Shown here piece after piece: positions 1-8,082 of a stretch of 64,000 nt of DNA; positions within the stretch are counted from its first letter, which is position 1; every line of letters starts with the position of its first letter. The translations under genes and the position numbers were made by a program. The DNA lies in contig CAWETI010000002.1 of the NCBI GenBank assembly GCA_963812015.1, positions 559,361 to 623,360 on the forward strand, in the 5' to 3' direction. Under the pieces are notes generated by a model. It saw only the letters and a program-made list of their open reading frames with translations. It searched no databases and was not told where the DNA came from. This DNA comes from an uncultured delta proteobacterium. GTDB taxonomy: Bacteria > Desulfobacterota > Desulfobaccia > Desulfobaccales > 0-14-0-80-60-11.

Positions 1-575
1 CCCAGGGCCTGTTCTATGACTTTGACTAACTGCCGGGTAGTGTGGAAGGGATGCCGGCGCCGATCCTGCACCACCTGGCGGGCGATGCGCCGGGCTCGGG
101 GCTCCTCGCCATATTCCCGGAAAATCCTTTCCAACTCTGCCTGGGGGGCGCGGTTTAACAACATGGCCGCGGTGGGCTGCGGCCCCTCAGGGTTAAAGCG
201 CATGTCCAGAGGCTCATCCCCCTGGAAGGAGAAGCCCCGTTGAGATCCTTGCAACTGGAAAGTCGACAGGCCCAGGTCCAGCAGAATCCCCGCAACCCCG
301 GGGAGCCGGGCCGATTCCAGCAGTTCCCCCAATTGGGCGTAAGAACGATGAAACAGGTGAAACTTGGAGGCGTGGTGAGCCAGCCGGGCGGCGGCCACCT
401 GTAGGGCGTTTGGGTCCCGATCCAGGCCCCAGAGCTCCCCCTCCGGGCCGCTGTGGTCCAGAATGGCCGCGGCATGCCCCCCCTCACCCACGGTGCCATC
501 CACATACAGGCGGCCGGACCGGCAGTTCAGGCCCACCAACACCTCCCCCACCATCACCGGAGCATGAACCGGATT
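1..575 (-). CDS. rsmH: 16S rRNA (cytosine1402-N4)-methyltransferase RsmH/MraW, N-terminal ~190 aa. The 3' end runs off the window and the start codon is unresolved.
   Basis: My minus-strand translation from ~560 to 1 reads HAPVMVGEVL..LYVDGTVGEGGHAAAIL..WGLDRDPNAL..LLDLGLSTFQL..RGFSFQGDEPLDMRF. It lies directly downstream of mraZ. It is missing from the ORF track because there is no stop inside the window and no canonical start upstream of the conserved motif. Confidence 0.8.
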
Positions 576-586
576 GTGGTCTGTGA

Positions 587-1021
587 TTAGATTAGCAATT
601 CGTGCAACATCCCTTCATCGATGGATTCTTCCAACTCTTTACGATGGGACTCAAAGGTGGCGCGGTCCCAAATTTCAAAGCAACGGATGGCCCCCACCAG
701 GCAGACTTCCCGGCTGAGGCTGGCATAATCCCTCAGGTTGGGGGGCACCAGGATGCGGCCCTGGCGATCCAGGACGCATTCCTCGACCCCGGAAATCAGG
801 AACCGCTGGAATGCCCTCAGGTCTTTGCGAAAGAGGGGCTGCTCGGCAAATTTGGCCTCGATTTTGCTCCATTCGGTTTGTGGGAAGGCCAGGACGTAAC
901 CGCCGAAATTAGTGAGGATGATCTGACGATCCTTGCGGTCCTTAAGGATCTCGCGGTAGCGGGACGGGATGCTGACCCGACCTTTGTTATCCATAGTATG
1001 GAAGTAGCTACCGGTGAACAT
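587..1021 (-). CDS. mraZ: Transcriptional regulator MraZ
   Basis: 144 aa. MFTGSYFHTMDNKGRVSIPSRYREIL and the second SpoVT/AbrB-like half (DRQGRILVPPNLRDYA) are typical of MraZ. It is followed by rsmH. Confidence 0.95.
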   Translation of the reverse strand: MFTGSYFHTMDNKGRVSIPSRYREILKDRKDRQIILTNFGGYVLAFPQTEWSKIEAKFAEQPLFRKDLRAFQRFLISGVEECVLDRQGRILVPPNLRDYASLSREVCLVGAIRCFEIWDRATFESHRKELEESIDEGMLHELLI

Positions 1022-1025
1022 ATTC

Positions 1026-1060
1026 CCCCATTAATCCCCACTCTATTCCACTTTTTCCCA
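1026..1060 (-). promoter_or_regulatory. Four direct GTGGG-type repeats at exact 10-bp spacing (candidate MraZ operator) immediately upstream of the mraZ start
   Basis: The minus strand reads tGTGGGAaaaaGTGGAAtagaGTGGGGattaATGGGGgaatATG. The plus-strand NCCCA pentamers end at 1030, 1040, 1050 and 1060. Confidence 0.5.
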
Positions 1061-1405
1061 CATGGAGCTAAAATACGCCTTCCCTTAGGGCGATGTCAAG
1101 AAAAATAATCACAAAAAAAGCACTCCATCCCCGGGAAAAATCTCCTGTGGGCCGCGTATTTTATAGGAGGGCGTGGGAAGGGGGATCGTGGACCCCTGTT
1201 TCAGGGATGCGGAGCCGGGCGCGGTGGCGCCGGCAATTACGGAAGAGGTTGGCCTAATTGAATAGATTAGATAATAATATCAATGAGATATATAAATAAG
1301 TGGGAGGGTGGCCCAGGTTCACCCAGGCGGGGAGTGGACTGCGAAGTCACGGCTGGGGGCTGTCTTAAGAGCCCCGATGTGCTTGGGCATTTTTCCGGAG
1401 TTCTG

Positions 1406-1861
1406 TTAAAGGGTCGGCTCCAGACTGTCCAGATAGCTTTGCAAAATGAGGACCGCGGCCAGTTGATCCACCACCTGGCGCCGGCGTCGGCGGCTGACGT
1501 CCGCCTGAATCAGCAGCCGTTCGGCCGCCACGGTGGTGAGGCGTTCATCCCAAAAGATGACCTCTCCTCCCAGGGCCTCGCCCAGGGCCCCGGCGAACTC
1601 CTCGATTTCCGGGGCCGCGGCCCCCGGCTGACCGTTCATGTGGCGGGGCAGGCCCACCACAATCTGTTGCACGTTATAGTCTCGAGCCACCTGAAGGAGG
1701 TGGTCCAGGTCCGCCTCCCGGCCCCGGCGGACCCAAACTTCCAGCCCCTGGGCCGTGATTCCCAAAGGGTCGCTCACCGCCAGGCCGATGCGCTTAGCGC
1801 CCATATCCAGACCGAGAATGCGTCTGGCCTCGCGCTTGGGGAAAGACTGATCGGTTTCCAT
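1406..1861 (-). CDS. ruvX: Holliday-junction resolvase-like nuclease RuvX/YqgF
   Basis: 151 aa. ILGLDMGAKRIGLAVSD, QQIVVGLPRHMNG and WDERLTTVAAE are YqgF-family motifs. Confidence 0.9.
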   Translation of the reverse strand: METDQSFPKREARRILGLDMGAKRIGLAVSDPLGITAQGLEVWVRRGREADLDHLLQVARDYNVQQIVVGLPRHMNGQPGAAAPEIEEFAGALGEALGGEVIFWDERLTTVAAERLLIQADVSRRRRRQVVDQLAAVLILQSYLDSLEPTL

Positions 1862-1901
1862 AATAAGGTCTCAGACATCACTCATGCGTTGGATTGATGA
1901 C

Positions 1902-3152
1902 TCAGCCGCGCCCCGTCTCGGAGGCATGGTAGCCTGCCATGATCCCCACCTGCACGTGAAAGAGCCAGTTGACCGGGGGGATGAGGAGGGAATCGTAGCT
2001 CAGGGAGTGGATAGCGAAGCCGAGCACAATGAGCACCCGGTACCACCCCAGGGTGGAGGATTCCGGTGAAGACCTCAATTTTCGACAATATCTTATTACA
2101 ATGCCAATGACCAGGCCAAAATATAAGAGGGTCATCAACCCCCCCATCTCCACCAGGGCGGTAAGCGCCATATTATCGAAGGTGTGGATGCTGGCGACCA
2201 CTTGAGGGAAATTATGGAGCGCCTGATCATGGAGTCGGTAACCGGATAGATAGCGATTCTGGGTAAAAGAACGCAAGCCGATTCCCATGATCGGGCGGGT
2301 TTCCCAGATGTGCAGGGCAAAATTATATAACTCCAGGCGATGCAGGATGCTCACATCATGAGGAATTTTCGGGTCCAGGCGGGCCACCTGGCGCCTGGCT
2401 TCCAGAGGCAGGATCAGGGCAATAGCCAAAAGCCCGGCTAAGATAAGGTAGCGGTGTCGACGGCCGTGGTAAATCATCCACCCCACCAGCATGGCGGCCA
2501 GGGCCAGCCAGGTCCCCCGCTTGTGGGTAAGAAAAATCAGGATAACGCCCGACAGGACCAACAGCCAGCCAAGGAGCTTGGTGGGGGAATGTTGCCCGAG
2601 GATCAGGCGCACCGGGCCGGAAGACAGGAGGAGTATCACGGTTCCCAAGGGGATCGGATGCGCGGTAAAGGTCTGGAAGATCCCCGGGCCATGGTTGCCT
2701 TGGACCAGATAAACGATAATTTCCACCAGGACAATAACGGCCAGAGCGCCGGCACAGGACCAGTCGAAGATTTGGCGTCGGCGTTGATCCGTTAATAATA
2801 ACATCGAAGTCCATAGGGCGAATATCCCGGTAAGCAGAAAGCTGCGCATGGGAGATATGGAGTTGGCTAGGGAATCGCTGAAATACGTGTTGAGCACCCC
2901 GAGAATTAATATCGAGACTATCAGGATGATTTCCAGGCGATGTTCTCTAGTGGTAACCACCTGCCAGGAATAAACCAACCATAACATCAGCCAGGGGAAT
3001 AAATAAATAATGACTTTAGTCAAGCGACTAAAATAGTTGCCCAATACATTGGGGGACCATAAGAAGATAATGTAAGCTCCGGAGCCAAGTAGGCAATAAA
3101 GGGCGAGTTGATTGAGGCGAGTGGGAGTGATGATACCTGAAAAATATTTCAT
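1902..3152 (-). CDS. O-antigen ligase/polymerase-family (Wzy_C-like) polytopic membrane protein
   Basis: 416 aa with about 10 hydrophobic segments. It has a central THKRGTWLALAAMLVGW block followed by a large loop, as in O-antigen ligase-like proteins. The 5' third of the gene is visibly AT-richer. Confidence 0.65.
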   Translation of the reverse strand: MKYFSGIITPTRLNQLALYCLLGSGAYIIFLWSPNVLGNYFSRLTKVIIYLFPWLMLWLVYSWQVVTTREHRLEIILIVSILILGVLNTYFSDSLANSISPMRSFLLTGIFALWTSMLLLTDQRRRQIFDWSCAGALAVIVLVEIIVYLVQGNHGPGIFQTFTAHPIPLGTVILLLSSGPVRLILGQHSPTKLLGWLLVLSGVILIFLTHKRGTWLALAAMLVGWMIYHGRRHRYLILAGLLAIALILPLEARRQVARLDPKIPHDVSILHRLELYNFALHIWETRPIMGIGLRSFTQNRYLSGYRLHDQALHNFPQVVASIHTFDNMALTALVEMGGLMTLLYFGLVIGIVIRYCRKLRSSPESSTLGWYRVLIVLGFAIHSLSYDSLLIPPVNWLFHVQVGIMAGYHASETGRG

Positions 3153-3252
3153 AACCTTCTTAAACTATACTGTAATTGCTGCTCAGTATGAATAACGTAT
3201 CATTTTGATAAGTTAAAAATAATCCGCTCGGCCGGTTTACCATAATTCCCCT

Positions 3253-3876
3253 TTATTCATTGACTTGAGTCTCCCGCACCAATTTATTTAACTGGTCCGA
3301 TAATTCATCCAGCCTGTCGTGGTATGCCTGCCAGCATGCCCGGTTCTCCTGGACTCGCTGCAACGTTTGGTCGATCTCCGACTTAGCTGGCGATGCTGCG
3401 CCGATATCCGCCCCTTGCAGCTCTAAAGACCGCTGCAGGGATTTTAGCTGTGTGTCTATCAGGGGCAGCTTTCTGGCCACATACACCCGGGCTTTTTTGG
3501 CCGTCTGGAGCGTGGATTGCCAGGGTAACTCCGGCGTGAGCCGGACACTGGCGGCAGCCTGGGATGACGGTGAGAGGGATAATTTCCGCCCCGGTGGTGC
3601 CGCCGGAAGCTGGGCTCGATTTTCCCGCAGCGTTTTCAGTTTGTCAATTTCAGCCCGGAAAGATGTAAGCTCCTTTTTTACCTTTAAGCATTCCCCTTCG
3701 ATCAAATGAAGCTTTTGTTCCTGGTATCGGCCGGGGAAGAAAAAGTTTTGCACTTCATAAACTTGGGACAACCCCAGGACAAAGACCAGGAGAAGCCCCA
3801 TGGCGAGCAGCGCTTTCCCGCATCGAGAGCGATTAAGGTGTATGCCGGGCTGGTGGATTTTTTCCATTTTTTTCAT
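3253..3876 (-). CDS. Hypothetical membrane-anchored coiled-coil protein
   Basis: 207 aa with one N-terminal hydrophobic segment (ALLAMGLLLVFVLGL), then heptad-like charged sequence. The start is uncertain (it overlaps the upstream gene by 44 nt; the alternative ATG at 3801 avoids the overlap). Confidence 0.45.
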   Translation of the reverse strand: MKKMEKIHQPGIHLNRSRCGKALLAMGLLLVFVLGLSQVYEVQNFFFPGRYQEQKLHLIEGECLKVKKELTSFRAEIDKLKTLRENRAQLPAAPPGRKLSLSPSSQAAASVRLTPELPWQSTLQTAKKARVYVARKLPLIDTQLKSLQRSLELQGADIGAASPAKSEIDQTLQRVQENRACWQAYHDRLDELSDQLNKLVRETQVNE

Positions 3877-5455
3877 AAACGACCAATGGCGCTAATAATT
3901 CCATGGGAGGAATAAAGCGGTGATACAGAGGGTCGGGTTGATTGCCGAAAACCTCGTCTTGGCCCGGCAGGATCACCGGCCGATAATCGTTCCCCTGCGA
4001 GAGGAGTTGCCTGATCAGTATCTCGGGTTCATTGAGGTCATAATGGCGATTCCAGCGAGTGTCCCAACGCAGGACCATCCAGTCCGGGGGCCAGGTGAGG
4101 AGGGTTTGCCCTTCAAGACCCCCTAAGACCTTGAAGGAAGTATAAAACTGCAGGGGGAGATCACCGTAAGTCGTCAAAATAGTATCTCCCGGCTGAGCGT
4201 GAGTCTGAAAGAACTGAATAAGGTTTGCATTCACATCCGGATAGGGCGAGCTCAATTCGGTGAGGTAAAGTTTTAAGGGGAAGTTGGGATAGATAAGCAT
4301 ATGCGGGTCATTGTGAATCGGGCGGTTTATCAGCCCCAACCAACCCATGGGCAGCACGCAGAGCCAGTTGGTACCCAGCAGGAAAACCGCCAGGAGGGCG
4401 CCGGAAAATTTGTGATAGCGCCAGGCCCGGCAAACGATCCACCCCAGGACTATGGCGCACAAAGGATAAAGGTGAACCAAATAGCGAAATTCACCCTGGG
4501 GGGCGGGAGTCAAAATCAAGATGTTGCCGAGCATCACCAAGCCCAGGAACAAGATATATCTTTCTTGAGGGGCTTCCGAAAGGCCTGAGCGGCTCCAGAG
4601 CATCCGTCCCCATCGCCACGCCAGGTATAAGGCCAGTGGCAGGGGGAACATAAATTGAAAAAAATCACCAAAATAGGTTACCAGATTAGCATGAATTGCC
4701 CCCAAGCTCACCATCGTGGCCTGCTGCTGGAGGCGAAACAAAAAACACCCCGGGAAAATGATGATTCCCGTGCCGATGATCAGTTTTAAGCTTCTGGCCA
4801 ACGGCATGTCGGCGTGGTAAAGCAAAACCGCGGCCAGAAAAGCGGGACCGGTAAAACTGAGGAAGAGGAGATAATTCGTATAGAACAATAATCCCAAGGA
4901 GCAACACAATAAGAGAGCCGGCCCCGTTTTGGCTTGCCAGTCTGCCTTAAAGGCATAAAGACTCAGCAGGGTGAATAAAGCCCCCAAGCTGTAATAGCGG
5001 CATTGGCGGGCATACAGGAGAAAGGGCACGGAACAGGTTAACAGGGCCGCGGCCACCCAGGCCCAGGCGCGGTCGCCAAAATTATGGCGCACCAACCGAT
5101 AGACCAGGAAAATACACGCCAGGCCCAGCACCGCAAAGGGGAGACGGCCGGCGTAGGTGGTGAGACCGCCCAGGCGAAACGCGGCCGCGGCCACATAAAT
5201 TTGCAGCCAGGGGGACCAGCGCCATAAAAAGTTTTCGTCAAACTCGTGCCCCTGTTCCTGGGAGATGATATTGGTCCCGTCATACGCCTGGGGCACGCCA
5301 TATTTTAAGACATTTTTGGCCAAGCCGGCGGTCTCGGCTTCATCCTGCCAGAAAGGCCGGTGGTCCAGGTGAAACAGCAGGAGAAAGGCCCCCAGGGCCA
5401 AAATCAGGATGAGGGGGTAATATGATTGATACACCCGGTTGGAGGACTCAGCCAT
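3833..5455 (-). CDS. ArnT/PMT-like (GT39/GT83-type) glycosyltransferase, polytopic membrane protein
   Basis: 540 aa. The N-terminal RPFWQDEAETAGLAKNVLKYGVP loop motif after TM1 and many TM segments are typical of dolichyl/undecaprenyl-phosphate-sugar dependent transferases. Confidence 0.7.
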   Translation of the reverse strand: MAESSNRVYQSYYPLILILALGAFLLLFHLDHRPFWQDEAETAGLAKNVLKYGVPQAYDGTNIISQEQGHEFDENFLWRWSPWLQIYVAAAAFRLGGLTTYAGRLPFAVLGLACIFLVYRLVRHNFGDRAWAWVAAALLTCSVPFLLYARQCRYYSLGALFTLLSLYAFKADWQAKTGPALLLCCSLGLLFYTNYLLFLSFTGPAFLAAVLLYHADMPLARSLKLIIGTGIIIFPGCFLFRLQQQATMVSLGAIHANLVTYFGDFFQFMFPLPLALYLAWRWGRMLWSRSGLSEAPQERYILFLGLVMLGNILILTPAPQGEFRYLVHLYPLCAIVLGWIVCRAWRYHKFSGALLAVFLLGTNWLCVLPMGWLGLINRPIHNDPHMLIYPNFPLKLYLTELSSPYPDVNANLIQFFQTHAQPGDTILTTYGDLPLQFYTSFKVLGGLEGQTLLTWPPDWMVLRWDTRWNRHYDLNEPEILIRQLLSQGNDYRPVILPGQDEVFGNQPDPLYHRFIPPMELLAPLVVYEKNGKNPPARHTP

Positions 5456-5613
5456 AACTTTTATCTTGGGGGGTACCAGGGAGGCGGTCTTTACACTAGG
5501 CGCATAAAGAACGGGTGCTGAAGCAAGACCGCTTCATCTTAAGTCATTCCCCGTGAGATTTCCACTTTTTTTAAAGAACCAGGCAAGCATTGGCCCGGCT
5601 TTGCTTGGCTGCG

Positions 5614-6021
5614 CTATTTGGACAACAGCCAGGCGGCCGCCAACGCCAGGGCGAGGCCGGCCAGATGGCGCAGGGTCAAGGCCTCCTGGAGGAAAATCCG
5701 GCTCAAGACCACGGCGACAGCCGGATAGAGGGCCGTGAGGGGCACCACCAGCGTGGCCGGGCCCCGGGCCAGGGCTTCGTAGAAAAAGAGCAGGGCCACG
5801 GCCATGGCAATACCGGAACCCAAAGCGGCCCCGACTCCCCAGGGTTGCCAGGCAACCGCCCCCAACCCCCCCACCAGGATATAGACCGCCACGAGCAGGT
5901 GCCCGGAAATGGCCAAGAGATAGACCACCTGGGAGGGCAGGTGCTGGGAGGCCACCTTGCCCAAAAAGGCCCACACGCCCCACAGTCCCAAAGCCACTAA
6001 GGAAAAGCCCAGCCAGTTCAT
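5614..6021 (-). CDS. Small EamA/DMT-type membrane protein (ArnE/ArnF-like size)
   Basis: About 135 aa from the internal ATG at 6021 (MNWLGFSLVALGLWGVWAFLGKVAS). It has four hydrophobic segments and sits next to the ArnT-like gene. Confidence 0.6.
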   Translation of the reverse strand: MNWLGFSLVALGLWGVWAFLGKVASQHLPSQVVYLLAISGHLLVAVYILVGGLGAVAWQPWGVGAALGSGIAMAVALLFFYEALARGPATLVVPLTALYPAVAVVLSRIFLQEALTLRHLAGLALALAAAWLLSK

Positions 6022-6152
6022 ATCCTCGCCCCCGGTCTTGCCAGCTAACGGTCTTTCATCTAATATACGAAAGTACGCCACGGTACAAGGATCAACTGCT
6101 TTTTGCCCCGATTCCGCCTCCACAGGAGCGCAGCCCCCGGCACGGGTGGACC

Positions 6153-7334
6153 ATGACCTGTCCTTCGGCCAGTCGCGAGATCGTCATCATCGGCGCCGGC
6201 CCGGCCGGGGCCACCCTGGCTTACGCCCTGCTTCAGGGGGGGGTGAAGCCCCTGGTCCTCGATCAGGCGGCTTTTCCCCGGGTCAAAGTCTGTGCCGGGG
6301 GCCTGACGGTCAAAGCCCTCAAGTTCCTGCCTCCGGATCTGGGCGCAATCCTGGAAAATGAGATCCGCCGGGTGCATTTGAGCTTCAACCTGGACGGCGC
6401 CTTCACCAAAGCCTCGCCTCAGGTTCTGCTCTATACCGTGGCGCGGCAACGGTTCGACGCCTTCCTGATGGAACGGGTGCGGCAAGCCGGGGGGGACTTC
6501 GGGGACGGGGAACGGGTCGAGCACATAACTCCGGGACCGGGAGACTTCTCCACCATTGTCACCTCCAGGCGGCTGATTAAGGCTCGGGTGGTGGTGGGAG
6601 CCGACGGCGCCCGGAGCCTGGTGGCGAGATGCAGCGGCTTGCAGCCGGTGGAGTTCTGGCACCTGGGGCTCCAGGTGGAAATCCCCCGGCAGCTGGTAAA
6701 AACCATCGACCCGGAGTTTTCCCGGACGATCTTTTTGGACCTGGGCACCATGGCCGACGGCTATGGCTGGGGCTTTCCCCGGGGCGAGACCCTGGTCATC
6801 GGGGTGGGGGGCCCAATCCACCAGGGGCGGCAGCTCAAGCGGTATCATGCCCGTCTGCTGTCTCGCCTGGGCCTGGGGGACCAGGCCTTCCCCCTGGCGG
6901 CCCACCTCATCCCCCACCGGGTGACCCCCCGGCCAATCATGAGGGGCCGGGTCCTCCTGGTGGGGGACGCCGCCGGCCTGGCGGATTACTGGACCGGGGA
7001 AGGGATCTTTTCGGCTTTACAAAGCGCCGACCTGGCGGCCCGGCAGATCCTCAGGTTTTTCCGGGGGGAGGCGGGGGCGCTCCCCGAATACCAGGCCAGG
7101 GTAGACCGGGAGATAACCCCGGGGCTGAGGGCCTCCTACCAATTTTCCAAGCTCTGCAACTACCTGGGCTCACTGGCCTTCAGATGCCTGGAGCACTATG
7201 ATTATCCCTGGGAAGCATTCTGCCGCGTCATGCGGGGCGACCGCTCCCTGTTGGAGGTCAAAAAAGGCTTCCGACCGGATATCTTAATCCGCAAACTCCT
7301 GGTAAAATCAGCTAGAAACCGAACGATCACCTGA
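6153..7334 (+). CDS. Geranylgeranyl-reductase-family FAD-dependent oxidoreductase
   Basis: 393 aa. It has the N-terminal dinucleotide fold IVIIGAGPAGATLAYAL..VLDQAAFPRVKVCAGGLT and the later LLVGDAAGLADYWTGEGI motif. Confidence 0.8.
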   Translation: MTCPSASREIVIIGAGPAGATLAYALLQGGVKPLVLDQAAFPRVKVCAGGLTVKALKFLPPDLGAILENEIRRVHLSFNLDGAFTKASPQVLLYTVARQRFDAFLMERVRQAGGDFGDGERVEHITPGPGDFSTIVTSRRLIKARVVVGADGARSLVARCSGLQPVEFWHLGLQVEIPRQLVKTIDPEFSRTIFLDLGTMADGYGWGFPRGETLVIGVGGPIHQGRQLKRYHARLLSRLGLGDQAFPLAAHLIPHRVTPRPIMRGRVLLVGDAAGLADYWTGEGIFSALQSADLAARQILRFFRGEAGALPEYQARVDREITPGLRASYQFSKLCNYLGSLAFRCLEHYDYPWEAFCRVMRGDRSLLEVKKGFRPDILIRKLLVKSARNRTIT

Positions 7335-7346
7335 AGAAAGGCAGCT

Positions 7347-8033
7347 ATGGCAGATATCATCGGGCACCGGGGAGCCCCGGCCTATGAGCCGGAAAACACC
7401 CTGCGCTCGTTCAGGCGAGCCCTGGCCATGGGAGTGGCCGCCGTGGAGTTGGACGTCCAGCTCACCAAAGATGGCCGGCTGGCCGTAATCCACGACGAGA
7501 CCCTGGACCGGACCACCAACGGCAAAGGGCTGGTCAAGAATTGCACCCTGGCGGAAATGCAGCGCCTCGATGCCGGCCGGGGAGAGCCGATCCCTTCTCT
7601 GGAAGAAGTCTTTGACCTGGTGCAGGGCAAAGCCCGCCTGATGGTGGAATTGAAACAAACCGAGGCGGCCCCGGCCCTGCTGGAGTTTTTTCGCCAGCAC
7701 CAGGCCTTCGACGCCGCCCGCGTCATCTCCTTCTGGCACCCGGCCGTCAAAGCCCTCAAGGAACAAGAGCCGCGCCTCGACACCGGCGTCCTCATGGTGG
7801 GATGCCCGGCGGACCCGGTGGGCCTGGCCCAAGCCGCCCGGGCCGACACCCTGGTCCTGAATTATCGTTACGTCAACCGGGAACTGGTGGACGCCGCCTG
7901 CCGGCAGGATATTAAGGTCATCGTCTGGAATATCGACGATCCAGGCATCCTGAAGCCCTACCTGGCCATGAACCTGTACGCCATTTGCACCAACCGGCCC
8001 CAAGAGATTATCAATTATGTGAACAGTCATTGA
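7347..8033 (+). CDS. Glycerophosphodiester phosphodiesterase (GDPD family)
   Basis: 228 aa. IIGHRGAPAYEPENTLRSF..AVELDVQLTKDGRLAVIHDETLDRTTNGKG is the GDPD signature. Confidence 0.9.
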   Translation: MADIIGHRGAPAYEPENTLRSFRRALAMGVAAVELDVQLTKDGRLAVIHDETLDRTTNGKGLVKNCTLAEMQRLDAGRGEPIPSLEEVFDLVQGKARLMVELKQTEAAPALLEFFRQHQAFDAARVISFWHPAVKALKEQEPRLDTGVLMVGCPADPVGLAQAARADTLVLNYRYVNRELVDAACRQDIKVIVWNIDDPGILKPYLAMNLYAICTNRPQEIINYVNSH

Positions 8034-8082
8034 AAAAGTCGGCGGGGCGAGCCTCCGGGCCCGCCATTGCAAACGAAAAATT

